NCBI RefSeq assembly: GCF_004010195.1 | Contig: NC_057719.1 | Location: 88,005,352-88,069,351, forward strand | Length of the DNA stretch: 64,000 nucleotides | Reading direction: 5' to 3' | Source of the DNA: Chiloscyllium plagiosum | Lineage: Eukaryota | In this document: positions 1 through 12,818 of the stretch, one piece after another | Numbering within the stretch: the first letter of the stretch is position 1 | How the letters are laid out: the number at the start of each line of letters is the position of its first letter | The notes under the pieces: model-generated | What the model saw: the letters and a program-made list of their open reading frames with translations, nothing else | What the model was told of the DNA's origin: nothing | The model's database searches: none | Translations under genes and position numbers: made by a program

Positions 1-1321
1 GAGTGCGTGGAGGTAGTTCAACCAGAAGAGAGACACAGATCTGGTGCTAAACGCTGCCTGAGAGAGTAAGGGGAGTGCATGGGGAGGGAACTATTTGGGA
101 ATAGATGTAGAAGTGGACCCTGAGGAGAGGGTGTGTGGGATAGTTGAGAAGGGAGGGTGGTTAGTGTGTGAGTGAGGTGACCCTGAGGAAAGGATTGTCT
201 CGAGGTGACCCAAGTGTGGGACTCAAGGGGCAAAGACTTGTGGGGATGAGGGCAGTAAGGAAGGTTATTTGGGCAAGATTTTGTGTGATGGCTGGAGAAC
301 CAGCAGTGTGGGAATGGAGAGTGGTGAGGGGGAAAAATGGAGCAGTACTTGGCGAGAGGATTTTTTGAGAATGGAAGGGAGCGATTGGGGCCAGTTGGGT
401 TAGAAATGGAGGGTGTAGAATTCTTTGTCACAAAAGCAGTTGAGGCCAAAACATGGAATGTTTTCAAGAAGACTAAAGGGATATAAGGTCAGAGTGGGAA
501 GAAAGCAAGAAAGGGATGCTTAGTTGGGTGATCAACCATGATCATACTAAATGGTAAAGGGCTGAATAGCCTAATCCTATTTTCCACATTTTTATGGTTA
601 CCCTAAATTCCTTGTTTGAATTTCTCAAGTCTGGTTTCTGTCCCAGCAAAGTATCAGAATGGCTCTTAAGTTACATGTGACCGCAGTAAACTGTTCCTCA
701 GTCTCCTCAACTTTTGAGCAGGTTTTGGGATGGTTGCCCACACCATTCTTCTTCAGTGCATTTTCTCCCTTGCTCATCTAATTGAGGTTGCTCATGTCTG
801 GTTCCATTTTCGAACTATCCCTTTACAGCTTGACTAGTATTACACGATAATAAGATGCGTTGGATTGGGGGAAATATGTTACCACAGTTCTAGGATTGAT
901 TAATGGACAGCAAACAATGTGCAGGTATAAGTGGAATATTTTTGGGCTTTTAAGTGGCAATGTACTACAAGGATCTGAGAGGGGTTTTGGCTGTTTACAA
1001 TTTATGATGATTTAGATGACAGAAACTGTGGAGGGATTTGGATTGGATCGGTGTGAGAACGTGGTAGATGGAATACAGTGTGGCCAACTACAGAGCCACA
1101 CTTTGGTATGAAAACTTAGAACTATTTTGCGTGCAGGTGCAGTAAGTTCTTAGTGATTTGTTTTAAAGGAACAATATTATAGGTATAAGTACAATTTTAA
1201 TTATTCTCCTTTCTTAAAGCACATCCTTGCCCCTAGAGGGAGTGCAAAGTTCTTTTGATTGTTTCTAAGGTTGAGGGGACTTTTAACAGGAGAGATTGAG
1301 TAGGCAAGACCTACATTTCTT

Positions 1322-1460
1322 AGAGTTGTGTGTTGCTGGAAAAGCACAGTAGGTCAGGCAGCATCTGAAGAGCAGGAAAATCGACATTCCCTGCTCCTCA
1401 GATGCTGCCTGACCTGCTGTGCTTTTCCAACAACACACTCTCAACTCTGATCTCCAGCAT
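1322..1460. mobile_element. Fold-back remnant of Penelope-like terminal repeat (two inverted copies)
   Basis: Arms 1328-1376 and 1390-1438 are reverse complements with 3 differences. The same sequence forms the termini of the RT/GIY-YIG element at 49859-52362. Confidence 0.8.
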
Positions 1461-1499
1461 GTGATGACCTCATTACCTCCTAATTGCTCAGAGGTGAGA

Positions 1500-1890
1500 A
1501 GAATTTATAAACCCATCAATCACGTTTGCCCACATGGGCTGCAAGTCAAGCATTTTGAAATTGTCATCTTTATTTTTAGATTCTTCCATGGCCTTTCTCC
1601 TGTCTACTTCTGTAACTACCTCCGACCCCACACCCCTTTGAGATGTACTCTAATTATGGTTTCTTGAGCACCTCTGACTTTAATCACATAACCTTTGGCC
1701 ATCTTTCAGCTGCCTTGGTCCTAAATTCTGCAACACTCTCCCTACTTTTCTTCACCTTGCTTTCCTCCCTTAAGACACTCCTTAAAAGCCATCTGTTTTT
1801 ATCTGCTTATTTTGTCACTTTATACTGTTCTTGAAAACACCCTTGGGATGTTTTATGGTCAAGGTGCTGCATAATTATAAATTGTTATTA
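1500..1890 (+). mobile_element. Old L2-like LINE 3' end
   Basis: Degenerate L2-type tail (ccatggcct...cttcagctgccttggtcctaa...taagacactccttaaaa...). A related copy lies at 60420-61085. Confidence 0.55.
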
Positions 1891-2249
1891 ACTGAGACAG
1901 GTGACTACATTTAAAAATGGAACATGCTTAAGGGGCTTGAGCCCCCGAGGACCTGAGGAAATGGCATCACTAACCGTGGAATCTATGGTCACTCTCTTAA
2001 AACAAGTGTTTGGCATTTGGGATTGAGAAGAGGATAAATCTCTTTGCTGAGAAGGTTGTGAATCTTCTATACTCAGATTCTGATGGTTTTAATTTGCAAA
2101 CTTTTTTAAAAAAAACGCCAGACATTAAGATTTGTTGCATATGGTTCAAGTATGAATTTGTTTTGGTTGCTTGTGCTCTTGCTTTAAGTCATGTGGGTTG
2201 GAGCAATGGTCCAAGATCTTAGCAAGTACTGTTGCAGGAGGAGCAGTGT

Positions 2250-2480
2250 GTTGCTGCAGCATTGTTGGAGATACTGTCTTTTGGATGAAATGTTCTCAGT
2301 CAATCTGGTCACCTCTTGTAGCAATTCAAATGGATGCTAAAGATTGAATTTGTATAACCTAATAAGTAGAAAGCCCTGCCTTGGCTAATTTTTTACTTCA
2401 GTACCCACAAAACCAGATTAACTGGTCATCCATCTTGCTATTTGTATATAATTTCTGTTGGCTGCTAATTCTTTTACTAT
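2250..2480 (+). mobile_element. Ancient DeuSINE-like (AmnSINE1/SacSINE1-related) remnant
   Basis: Resembles the Deu domain as I recall it (gcattgttggagatactgtcttttggatgaaatgtt ... accagattaactggtcat). Confidence 0.5.
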
Positions 2481-3169
2481 GAAAAATACAAGGATTTAAA
2501 ATAAATATTCCACTACCAAGTCTTGTATTGTCACTGGTTATGATCAGTTGGCTGTGCTGCAGCTGGACTGCAGTGGTTCTAGAAAACAGTTCACCACCAC
2601 CACCTCAAGGGCAACTAGGGATGGGCAATAAATGCTGGCCAGCCAGCGACGTCCACATCTAACAAAATGTCTAAATAAAACGTTTCCCCTCATGATATGA
2701 GTTTTCTATGTAACACATAGTTCCTTTGGTACTTTTCTTTCAGATACCTTTTCCATCTTAATTACACATTCTCTACTTCAATTAATAAAGTTTTTGACTT
2801 GGTGAAGAAATGGTGTCAGAAATAACTGAGAGCGTTAATATCACTAGCACATCTGTAATGTTGTTCATGCACTGCTTAATAATCAAATTACCAGTAAAGT
2901 GTGACAAAAATATTACAGAAACCACTTGTGGCACATGGTGGGGGGAAGCATCAGTGCTAGTTCTTCTGTGACAATCCAATATTGATCCAAATATTTTCCT
3001 ATATCATCAAATATTTAACTAATTTTTCCTTAAAGGATCTCTGCGTCGTTTCTGAAAGTGTTCCAAGCTTCCAGTGACTGTCTCTTTTTAAAAAAAAAAA
3101 TCCACTGTAGAATATTTAAATAGCTGATTCCAAGTCACTGACTCTATCGCCTAAGAAAGCTTAAATTAA

Positions 3170-3300
3170 AACAAAGAATTCTGGATGCTGGAGATTTGAA
3201 ACAAAGTCAGAAATTGCTGGCAAACGTTGGTGGATCTGGCAAGATCTGTAGGACGAAAGCAGAGTTAACGTTTTGAGTCTGGTGAGACTCTTCATTGATG
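3170..3300 (-). mobile_element. Penelope-like terminal fragment, family 3 (degenerate hammerhead motif)
   Basis: Minus strand reads caatga-a-gagtct-cacc-agactc-aaaa-cgtt-aactctgc. Related copies lie at ~9706-9800 (+), 55930-56030 (-), 57910-57974 (-) and 58280-58400 (+). Confidence 0.55.
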
Positions 3301-5019
3301 AAGATCTGTCGTGTTTCACCGGCAATTTTTGTCTTTGCACCAGAGGAAACTTTTTCCCTTTCAAAGTCATAGATAAAATTTTACAAACATTAACTAAATT
3401 TCCCTTCTCCTTTTTTCTGTTCAATTGGCAACAGTTCCATAGTTCAAGTCTCTCCTTAATAATTTCCCATCCTTGGAATCTTTATAATGAATCTGTGTTT
3501 TCTGACTTTGACTTGGTTTCAATAATGGAAGAACATAAAACTGAAGCGAAAACTTATGGCTGAACTGTTACCTAGTACAAATTCCTCATCTTTCTTTGCT
3601 GTGCTTTTTACGTCTTTATGTAAGCGATCTGCAATGGTTGTACTCCAAAACCTTTGTTATAATTTCAATCTCCCATGGCATAATATATCAGAATATGGTC
3701 TCTCTCAGCTGGATCTATTCCTGTCTAAGTAGATCTGCCTCTCTGCATTCTCATCTTCAGTGTTTTTGTATGTATGTATCTCTTGATTCCTCCCTTCAAC
3801 TTAGAAACAGTAAACTATTCAGTCCCTGAAATTTGGTCAAAAGACAGAGTCTGGATAGGTGATAAAAGGCCCTGATGTTCACCTTCCCGTGCTCTCTGCT
3901 ACTGCTGAAAACTAAAAGAAAAACTAGCTGATTTGAAAGTTAGAAGAGGAAGCTAAAACTTTGACAGGTTATGAAGGGCACTCTATGTGAAAATGCTCAT
4001 ACCACAGAACTGTTTCAAACTCTTCCACAGTGCCACCTTGTTATCAGTGTGAAGGGAAAAAATTGAATTATAACCAATAAGGGTCCCCTTGAAGACTTAT
4101 TATATTGATTGAAACGAGCCATACAAAACAGCATTTGGCATATGTGGAGTCTGGTGTGAGCTGGCAGTGTTGTGGTGTTGCAATTAACTGAGGGAGAAAA
4201 TCAGCTAGGTTCCTGCTCTTGATAGTCTGGCCCCTCTCATTATGTGCAGCATGGTGACATACCACATGCTGCTTATTATCCTTGAACTGTCGCCTGTCGA
4301 AGCTCTGTGTCACCTGTTCCCCTGTGTGTAGGAGGAAGTGTTGGTGTAGTGCTCAACCATTATTAGAAAACTGGAGCTGTTGCTGAATTTCTGATGCTGC
4401 TGATTGTTCTCCTTGGAGCAGTGAAGGTTAATGGAGGTGTTAAAATTATATATTTATGTAGATAAAGAAAAGCTGTTTCCACTGGCAGGTGGGCCAGTAG
4501 CCAGAGGTGATCAACATAAGGTAATGATCAAAAGAGCAGGAGGGGTGATAAATATTTTTTGTTATGAAGTGTTCTGATCTGGAATGCACTATCTAAAAAG
4601 GTAGTGGAAGCAGATTTAACACCTTAAAGAAATTTGATAAATATTGAAGGGAAAAATTTTGCACAGTTATGGGGATTAGGAATGAGGTAGTTGATTTAAT
4701 TGAATAGCTCTTTCAAAGAGCTGCAACGTTTTGTATGACCTGTGCTGCAAGATTCTATGCTGGTTTAGTCTGAGACATCTGTTTGAAACTTTCTCAAGTT
4801 GGATTATTTTTAATGATTCCAAACTGTGTTCTACCTCATGTGTAAAGCCGTTTCCTGTCATAAGCTATATGCTAACAACTAGCACTTTAAGAAATAAGAT
4901 CTTAATGGCATTCATCACGATCAACAATGCTATCAAGTGTCACATACATGCTCACATATTGCAGTTTTGGTCCAAGTTAGTGGGGGTTAAATACTGAATT
5001 CCACCACGGGTGCAGTGAG

Positions 5020-5850
5020 AATGACTGTCCTTCAGTAACCTAACCAAGTGTGATATCAAGGTGTCCTGGCAAAATTGAAGGCTGCAGCAGTCAGAAAATT
5101 CTGCTGCTGCTTGGCGTCGTACCTAGAATAAAGGAAGATAGTAGTTGGAGGTCAGTCATCTCAAACTCGGGGTATTATTGCAGGAGTTCCTGAGGGTTGT
5201 CCGAGGCCAACTCTCAAGTGCTTTGTCAATGATCCTCCTTCCATTATGAGGACAGTAGTGAGGAGTTTTTGCTGATAATTGTTTAATGTTGAGTACTGTT
5301 TGCAGCTTCTCAGGTATTGAAGCAATCTCTATCCGTAGCAAAATCTGGATAACGTTCAGGGTGGGATGACAAGTGGCAATGTGACATTCATATCTACAGT
5401 ATTGCGCAGGGGTTATTCCTATCAAGGGAGAGTCTAACCACTTTGTCTTGGCATTTAGTTATGTTATCATTGCTGAATCCCCACTATCAACATTGGAGGG
5501 GTTACTATTCATTTAGATACTGAACTTGACCAGTGACAGAAGTATTGTGGCTATCAGAATAGGTCTGAGGCCAGGAATTTGGAGGCAGGTAACCATCTGA
5601 CTCCTCAAAGCCTGTCCACAATCTACACGACACAGTTTGGCTGGTGATGCAATACCTCTTTACTTGTCTAGCTGAGTACAGATCCAATAATATGCAAGAA
5701 GCCAACATCATCCAACATAAGGCAACCTGCTTGATTGGTACCCCTTCCACTAATCTGAAAATGGTGCATCAGTAATAGAAGAAATCAATGGCCACAAAGT
5801 GCCCTACAAATTAAGCTGTCCAGCAATTCATCAAGGCTCCTTTAATCCAT
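5020..5850 (+). mobile_element. Old non-LTR retrotransposon (CR1/L2 group, second family), RT remnant
   Basis: Degenerate RT-like sequence (gcaggagttcctgaggg, ...tttgctgataattg). Same family as 47490-48783 (-). Confidence 0.6.
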
Positions 5851-5859
5851 ACAATCTGT

Positions 5860-6700
5860 ATTCATGATTTAGAGGAGGGTACTGAATGTATTGTATCCAG
5901 ATTTGCTAACAAGGATGTCATGAGTGCGGAGGGATACAGGTGATTACATAAGGCATTGGGAAATAATGTGCTGAGTTGTGGAATTATCCACTTTGGTGGG
6001 AAAGATATAAAAGCTGAGTACTTTTTGAGTGGTGAGATTGGAAAATGTTTGTAATTAGAAGGACCTGGTGCATTTAGTTACAGAGGTAACTTGCAGGGTG
6101 TAGCAAGCAACTAAAAAGGCAAAATGGTATGTTAGCTTTTACTACAGATTAGAGTATGAATAAATAAACCTGACTCTAGTTGGATAGGATATTGGTAAGA
6201 CCACACCTGAATTTGTATGCACAGCTTTGATCTCCTTAACTCTCCAAGGACGATATCCTCTTGTTGAAGTGAGTATAAGGAAGGTCACTAGACTGGTTCC
6301 AGCAACAAGAGATTGCCTTAAGTTATTGAATAGATAATATATAAATTGTTCAGTAAAATAAGATTTGATGTCATTTCAACATGTTGAATTCTGAATGGAC
6401 TTGGTAGGATAGGTGAATATTGACCATGGTCTCAGAATAATGGTTGGCTATTTCAGACTAAATGAGAAATTTTTTCACTGAGTATTTTGGATTTTTGGGA
6501 TTTTCTTTTACCCCAGTAAAAAAAAGGCTGTGACAGCTCAGTAGTTGAATATTTTCAAGAATGAGGTCCTGAAGGTTTAGGTATTAAGGGATATGAGAAT
6601 GATGTAGGAAAGTGGATTTGAGTAAAAACAAATTCAGTCATGAACTTGTTGAATGGCAAAGATGGCTGATGGACCTACTTCTGATTTCTTGAGTTTTAAT
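5860..6700 (+). mobile_element. Old CR1 LINE 3' fragment
   Basis: Degenerate CR1 ORF2 end motifs (atccactttgg, ggtaagaccacacctg) and tail-like gaatggc...ggacctacttct. Confidence 0.55.
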
Positions 6701-7789
6701 GGAAGTTGCTGGCCACTATCCAGAGGATATAAACACATAACTGATCCTGTAGAGGTGAGGTTGGGCAGGGTGAACAAATGTCTTCATGAATAAGATTATA
6801 GGGATGACTTTCATTGATGGGAGGGAATTCCAGCAACCAAACATTAGTTGGGCCTGAATTGATTGACTAAGGCGGGTACTGAGCTGGATGATAAGTTAAT
6901 CAGTGAACTAAAAGTACAGAACTTAAAGCGTGCAGATTTTAAACAGGACATTGAGGCAAGAGAAGTTAGTGTAGATTAGTGAGAGCAGTACTTTGGTTGA
7001 GTGGAATTTTGTGCACCATTGAGTATGGGCAGCAGAGATTTGGAGAAGTGCGTTTCAGATGATTGAAATAAAGTCTGGCGAGGAGAGATTTGGAGTAGAC
7101 AGGTCTGACGGAGTTAAAGGGAAGAACTGTTTCAGTAGCACCTTGCATGTCACTGTCCCAAAGAGCTTTGCAGTCAACTGAGTTCTTTTGAAGTAATTGC
7201 TGTTGTGTTGGAGCTTGAGATCTGATTTGTGCACAGTGAGATCTCGCAAGTAGAAACCAATTAATGTCTTGATCACTTGGAACAGTGTTTGCGGCAAGTT
7301 CAGTTGAGGCAGTCGAGAGTATTGGATGATGATTTTGGATGGAAATGGCATGCAGGGTTATGGGGAAAGGAAGTTGGCATTAGGTAATATAACCATAAAA
7401 GTGCATGAATGGCATAATACAATGACTTATTTAGATATTAGGTGGGGACGAGATATTGGTCAGAATGCCAAGAGAGTACTCTGCCATCTCTTTGCGGCGT
7501 TGAAGTAAATATTCTTTTGGAATGTATAGCCTTTATATATTATCAGACTTTTGCAGTTGGTCCAAAGCATCAGCAATTATAAAGAGCAACTTCTGAAGGG
7601 ATTGTGGAAAACTCTAAAATTTGGCAGTCATCTGAATCCAGTTGGTATGCTGGCATCTTGTGAATTTTTTGAATCTATGAAATCTAGCTGATGGAGCAAG
7701 GTTCATAGAGTTGTACAAGATTGAACTAAATTGGGGATGTTTTAAATGACTAGCATCTAGGAGAGAGGGCTGTTGAAAGGTGTAGGAAG

Positions 7790-8195
7790 TCGAGATGCGC
7801 TGGAAAAGCACAACAGGTCCGGCAGCATCCAAGAAACAGGAAAATTGACATTTAGGACAAAAGCCCTTCATCAGGAATATTCGAAAGGGACTAGCAAGGG
7901 ACATGTTCTCAGTATCTATACTACCAAGTCCATTCAGAATTCAACATGCTGAAATGACATGAAATCTTATTTTATTAAACAATTTACATATTATCTATTC
8001 AATATCTTCTCAAGGCTATCTCTTGTTGCTGGAATCAGTCTAGTGACTGACCTTATACTCGCCTCAGCAAGAGGCTTTCCTGATGAAGTGCTTTTGCCCG
8101 AAATGTCGATTTTCCTGCCCCTTGGATGCTGCCTGACCTGTGCTTTCCCAGCACCACACACTTGACAGTAATCTCCAGCATCTGTAGTCCTTACT
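7790..8195. mobile_element. Inverted pair of Penelope-like termini (7790-7880 minus; 8076-8195 plus), each with a hammerhead-like core
   Basis: Plus copy: CTGATGA(8080)-a-gtgc-tttt-gccc-GAAA-tgtc. Minus copy: ctgatga-a-gggc-tttt-gtcc-taaa-tgtc. Confidence 0.75.
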
Positions 8196-9267
8196 GTTGG
8201 AAATTGAATTGTTTTAAATTTCTTGAAAGAGATAACTTGGGAAATATAATTTCCCCAGATTAAAGAAAGGAACATCAGGAACGTGAAACAGATTAAAGGG
8301 AAGTTCAGAAACCCAGTTAATTTTATCTGATTGTCAATCAATTGATACAACAAAAAAATTACTAAATTACCAAAGTACTAGTAGCACTCAAAGATGTTTT
8401 GCAAATACGTGTAACCACTTTGACCCCACTTGCACAGATGAACTAGGTAGGTTTCATGTATTTGATACTAATATATCCGTCTGGATGGGCACTATATATT
8501 GATTGAACTATGAAGTGTGGCAACATAAAACCCGTTAAGGAAATTGACGCATGCAGGAAGATTCCTGTGTCAGTAAATGATAACCAACAAGCTATAGGAA
8601 TAAATTTAGAATTGTTTGAGGAGTGTCAATATATAAAATTAAAAACTTTCATTTTTTACCATTTTACTAAATTTCTTTCTCCTATCATGATTTACTGTTT
8701 TGCATGGTGGCTTCTTACTTTTTCTCAGGGAAGTGAACTTTTGGAAATGTGGTAACCCACTTCAGTTACAGAGTAAAGATCACCTCGTTGTCTTAATGTT
8801 TGACCCATTCAGTCTGTGCTGGTTCCCTATGATACAGGCCAGTCAGTCTAAATTTTCTGCTCAAGGTTGTTTCCTTCAAATATCTATACCAATTCCTTTT
8901 AAATGTTTCTGCTTCCAGCAATTTTGGCAGCAAGATACACAGTTCTTCCACAGATTCTCCCTGCATCTCTTGGCTAAACTCTTAAACATAAGTCCCCTAA
9001 CCTAACTCTGTCATAATCTCTATATCTATCATTACCCCCCTCAATGTTCCAAGGAGCACTACCCCAGCCTTTCCAACCTAATCACTATCTTCACCACCTC
9101 TGTAAAATATGCTGATCAGAATGGGAATCAGAACTTTAGTTTGGGGCCTAACCAGAGCTTTATAAAGGATCAGCGCAACCACTCTATTTGTGTATTGTAC
9201 CTCAATATGTGAAGTCCAAGATGCAATTTGTTTTGCTAACCACTCTCTCAATATGTCTAACCTATAA

Positions 9268-9575
9268 TGGCTCAGTGGTTCGCGCTGCTGCCTCCAGCAC
9301 CAGTGACCCTGGTTCAATTCCACCTTCAGGTGAGTGTCTGTATAGAGTTTGCACATTGTCTCTGTATCTGTGTGCGTTTCTGGCTTCCTCAGTCCAACGA
9401 TGCGCAGGTTAGGTCGACTGGCCATGCTAATTTGCCCATAATGTCCAGGGATGTACAGGCCATGTAGATTAGCCACGGGAAATGCAGGATTACAAGGATG
9501 GGGTGGGATGCTCTTCAGAGGGTCGGTGTGGACTTGATTGACCGAATGGCCCACTTCCATACTGTAGGAAATCTA
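9268..9575 (+). mobile_element. HE1-type V-SINE, older copy
   Basis: tRNA-like head (ggctcagtggtt...ggttcaattcc), V-domain (gagtttgcaca...ggccatgctaa) and CR1-like tail. Confidence 0.8.
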
Positions 9576-9801
9576 TTAATATGTCCTGCCACCCTCAAAG
9601 ATTGACTAACATGCAACCCTGCTCTCTTTCTTTGCACACTCTTAGAATTGTGACATTAAGTCTGTACTTTATCCTATTCCGTCAAAAAAAATTCAATCCT
9701 ATTATTCTGAGGAAGAGTTGCTCTCTAAAAGTTAACTGTTTCTCTGTTCACTGATGCTTTCAGACCTGCTGATTTTCTTCAGCTTTTTCACTTTTTACTT
9801 T

Positions 9802-10102
9802 GGGCGGCACGGTGGCACAGTGGTTAGCACTGCTGCCTCACAGCGCCAGAGACCCGAGTTCAATTCCCGACTCAGGCGACTGACTGTGTGGAGTTTGCAC
9901 ATTCTCCCCGTGTCTGCGTGGGTTTCCTCCCACAGTCCAAAAATGTGCAGGTTAGGTGAATTGGCCATGCTAAATTGCCCATAGTGTTAGGTTAAAGGGG
10001 TAAATGTAGGGGTATGGATGGGTTGCGCTTCGGCGGGTCGGTGTGGACTTGTTGGGCTGAAGGGCCTGTTTCCACACTGTAAGTAATCTAATCTAATCTA
10101 AT
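9802..10102 (+). mobile_element. HE1-type tRNA-derived V-SINE, young copy
   Basis: GGGCGGCACGGTGGCACAGTGG (A box) ... GTTCAATTCC (B box), V-domain, tail GGGCCTGTTTCCACACTGT + (TCTAA)n. Confidence 0.92.
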
Positions 10103-11168
10103 CCATCTGCCACTTGTTTGCACAGTATGGTAGCTGTGGGTAATTCATAACATTCTCACTGTCTGCCTCTTTTCCAAGTTTGACGTCTTCAGATTTTAAA
10201 ATTTTACTGTATTCCAAGATTGTTAGTTACAAAAAGTAAAATAAAGCAACGGTCCTAACACTAACCCTAGGAGAGTACCACTGCTTGCTACCATAGAGAT
10301 GGGGGGAGGAAACCATCTACCATGACTTTGTTTCCTTAATTTTCTAATCTTTTTGGATGCTAACCACTTTATTCCATACGGTTCCATTTTGTGAACCAGT
10401 TTTTTGTTGGTGATAACATTTTAAACACTTTTTAAAACTCCACAACATCCACTGCCTCATCCTCATCAAGTGTCAGTTTTGCTTGATCAGAAAATTCAAT
10501 TTGATCAGTCGAGCATGATCTGACTTCACGAAATCCCTGCTAGCTCTCTGTAATTAACTGAAATTCTTACTGCCTTTTAATTAACTCAAATATCTCCAAA
10601 TGCATGTTTTTCCTTGATCATGGATTCCAAAATCCTGCCCTCCACCGCTGTTAAATGGACCAGCCTATAGTTGCTAGGATTGTTCTCTCATCTTTTCTTG
10701 AATTACATTTGTCATATTTGCCACTCTCAAATCTTTTATCATTCCCCATGTCTAGGGTTCTTTCAAATCTGCCCAATTTCATTCAGCAGCCTGGGATGCA
10801 AACTGTCCACATCAGGTGATACCATAAGCAGAACCAGCCTTTCCAGTGCAACCTCTCTTGCAGTTTTCACCATTTCCTTGCCTCCACTATTTCCACTTCT
10901 GACGCATTGTCCAATTCTTCCTCCTTTGTCAACAACAATACAAAGAGTTTACCATGTATTGCGGCCCAATAGAACAAATGATATTAAATTCCAGCTCTTT
11001 TATATGCATCAGAGAGTGAATTTCATAAAATTGCAGTGCCTGAGGGACAAATCTGGAGATCCTATTGATTAAGTAGACTTTCAAGTGATTTAATTGGACT
11101 ACTTGTACTCTTGAAAAAGTTTAGGTTCTAGAATTGCTAGCTACATTTTCATACTTATTCAGACCACT

Positions 11169-12818
11169 CATAGTCATAGAGATGTACAGCATGGAAATAG
11201 ACCCTTCGGTCCAACCCGTCCATGCCGACCAGATATCCCAACCCAATCTAGTCCCACCTGCCAGTACCTGGCTCATTTCCCTCCAAACCCTTCCTATTCA
11301 TATACCCATCAAAATGCCTCTTAAATGTTGCAATTGTACCAGCCTCCACCACTTCCTCTGGCAGCTCATTCCATACCCATACCACCCTCTGTGTGGAAAA
11401 AGTTGCCCTTTAAGTCTCTTTTATATCTTTCCCCTCTCACCCTAAACCTATACCCTCTAGTTCTGGACACTCCGACCCCAGGGAAAAAACTTTGCCTATT
11501 TACTCTATCCATGCCCCTCATAATTTTGTAAACCTCTATAAAGTCACCGTTCAGCCTCCGATGCTCCAGGGAAAACAGCCCCAGCCTGTTCAGCCTCTCC
11601 CTATAGCTCCAATCCTCCAACCCTGGCAACATCCTTTAAAATCTTTTCTGAACTCTTTCAAGTTTCACAACATCTTTCCAATAGGAAGGAGACCAGAATT
11701 GCACGCAATATTCCAACAGTGGCCTAACCAATGTCCTGTACAGCCGCGACATGACCTCCCAACACCTGTACTCAGTACTGTGACCAATAAAAGAAGGCAT
11801 AGCAAATGCCGCCTTCACTATCCTATCTACCTGCGACTCCACTTTCAAGGAGTGAACCTGCACTCCAAGGTCTCTTTGTTCAGCAACACTCCCTAGGACC
11901 TTACCATTAAGTGTATAAGTCCTGCTAAGATTTGTTTTCCCAAAATGCAGCACCTTGCATTTATCTGAATTAAACGCCATCTGCCACTTCTCAGCCCATT
12001 GGCCCATCTGGTCAAGGTCCTGTTGTCATCTGAGGAAACCTCTTCACTGTCCAATTTTGGTGTCATCTGTAAATGTACCTCTTATCTCACATCCAAATCA
12101 TTTATGTAAATGACAAAAAGTAGAGGACCCAGCACCGATCCTTGTGACACTCCACTGGTCACAGGCCTCTGGTCTGAAAAACAACCCTCCACCACCACCC
12201 TCTGTCTTCTACCTTTGAGCCAGTTCTGTATCCAAATGGCTAGCTCTCCCTGTATTCCATGAGATCTAACTTTGCTAACCAGTCTCCAATGGGGAACCTT
12301 GTCGAACACCTTACTGAAGTCCATATAAATCACATTTACCGCTCTGTCCTCATCAATCCTCTTTGTTACATCTTTCAAAAAACTCAATCAAGTTTGTGAG
12401 ACATGATTTCCCACGCACAAAGCCATGTTGACTATCCCTAATCCGTCTTTGCCTTCCCAAATACATGTACATCCTGTCCCTCAGGATTCCCTCCAACAAC
12501 TCGCCCACCACTGAGGTCAGGCTCACTGGCCTATAGTTCCCTGGCTTGTCCTTACCACCCTTCTTAAACAGTGGCACCATGTTAGCCAACCTCCAGTCTT
12601 CCGGCACCTCACCTGTGACTATAAATGATACGAATATCTCAGCAAGAGGTCTAGCAATCACTTCTCCAGCTTCCCACAGAGTTCTTGGGTGCACCTGATC
12701 AGGTCCTCGGGATTTATCCACCTTACCTGTTTCTAGACATCCATCACTTCCTCCTCTGTAATCTGGACATTTTGTAAGATGTCACCGTCTATTTCCCTAC
12801 AGTCTATATCGTCCATAA
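11169..12818 (-). mobile_element. CR1 LINE, 5'-truncated, frameshifted ORF2 (RT)
   Basis: ORFs [60 protein letters not shown]; 3' tail at ~11169. Confidence 0.95.

Noticed and set aside
18..467. 149-aa minus-strand ORF
   Set aside because: A Pro/Ser/His-rich by-product of G/A-skewed low-complexity sequence, with no recognisable domain.
1226..1246. CTCF-like motif ccctagagggagtg
   Set aside because: It matches a decayed CR1 ORF2 segment, so it is explained by the repeat.
2627..2632. Intronic AATAAA as a premature poly(A) site
   Set aside because: It is part of a LINE 3' tail, and nothing in the sequence alone shows it is used.
9802..9875. tRNA gene-like A/B boxes
   Set aside because: These are heads of HE1 SINEs, repeated with the same downstream V-domain and tail; they are not tRNA genes.
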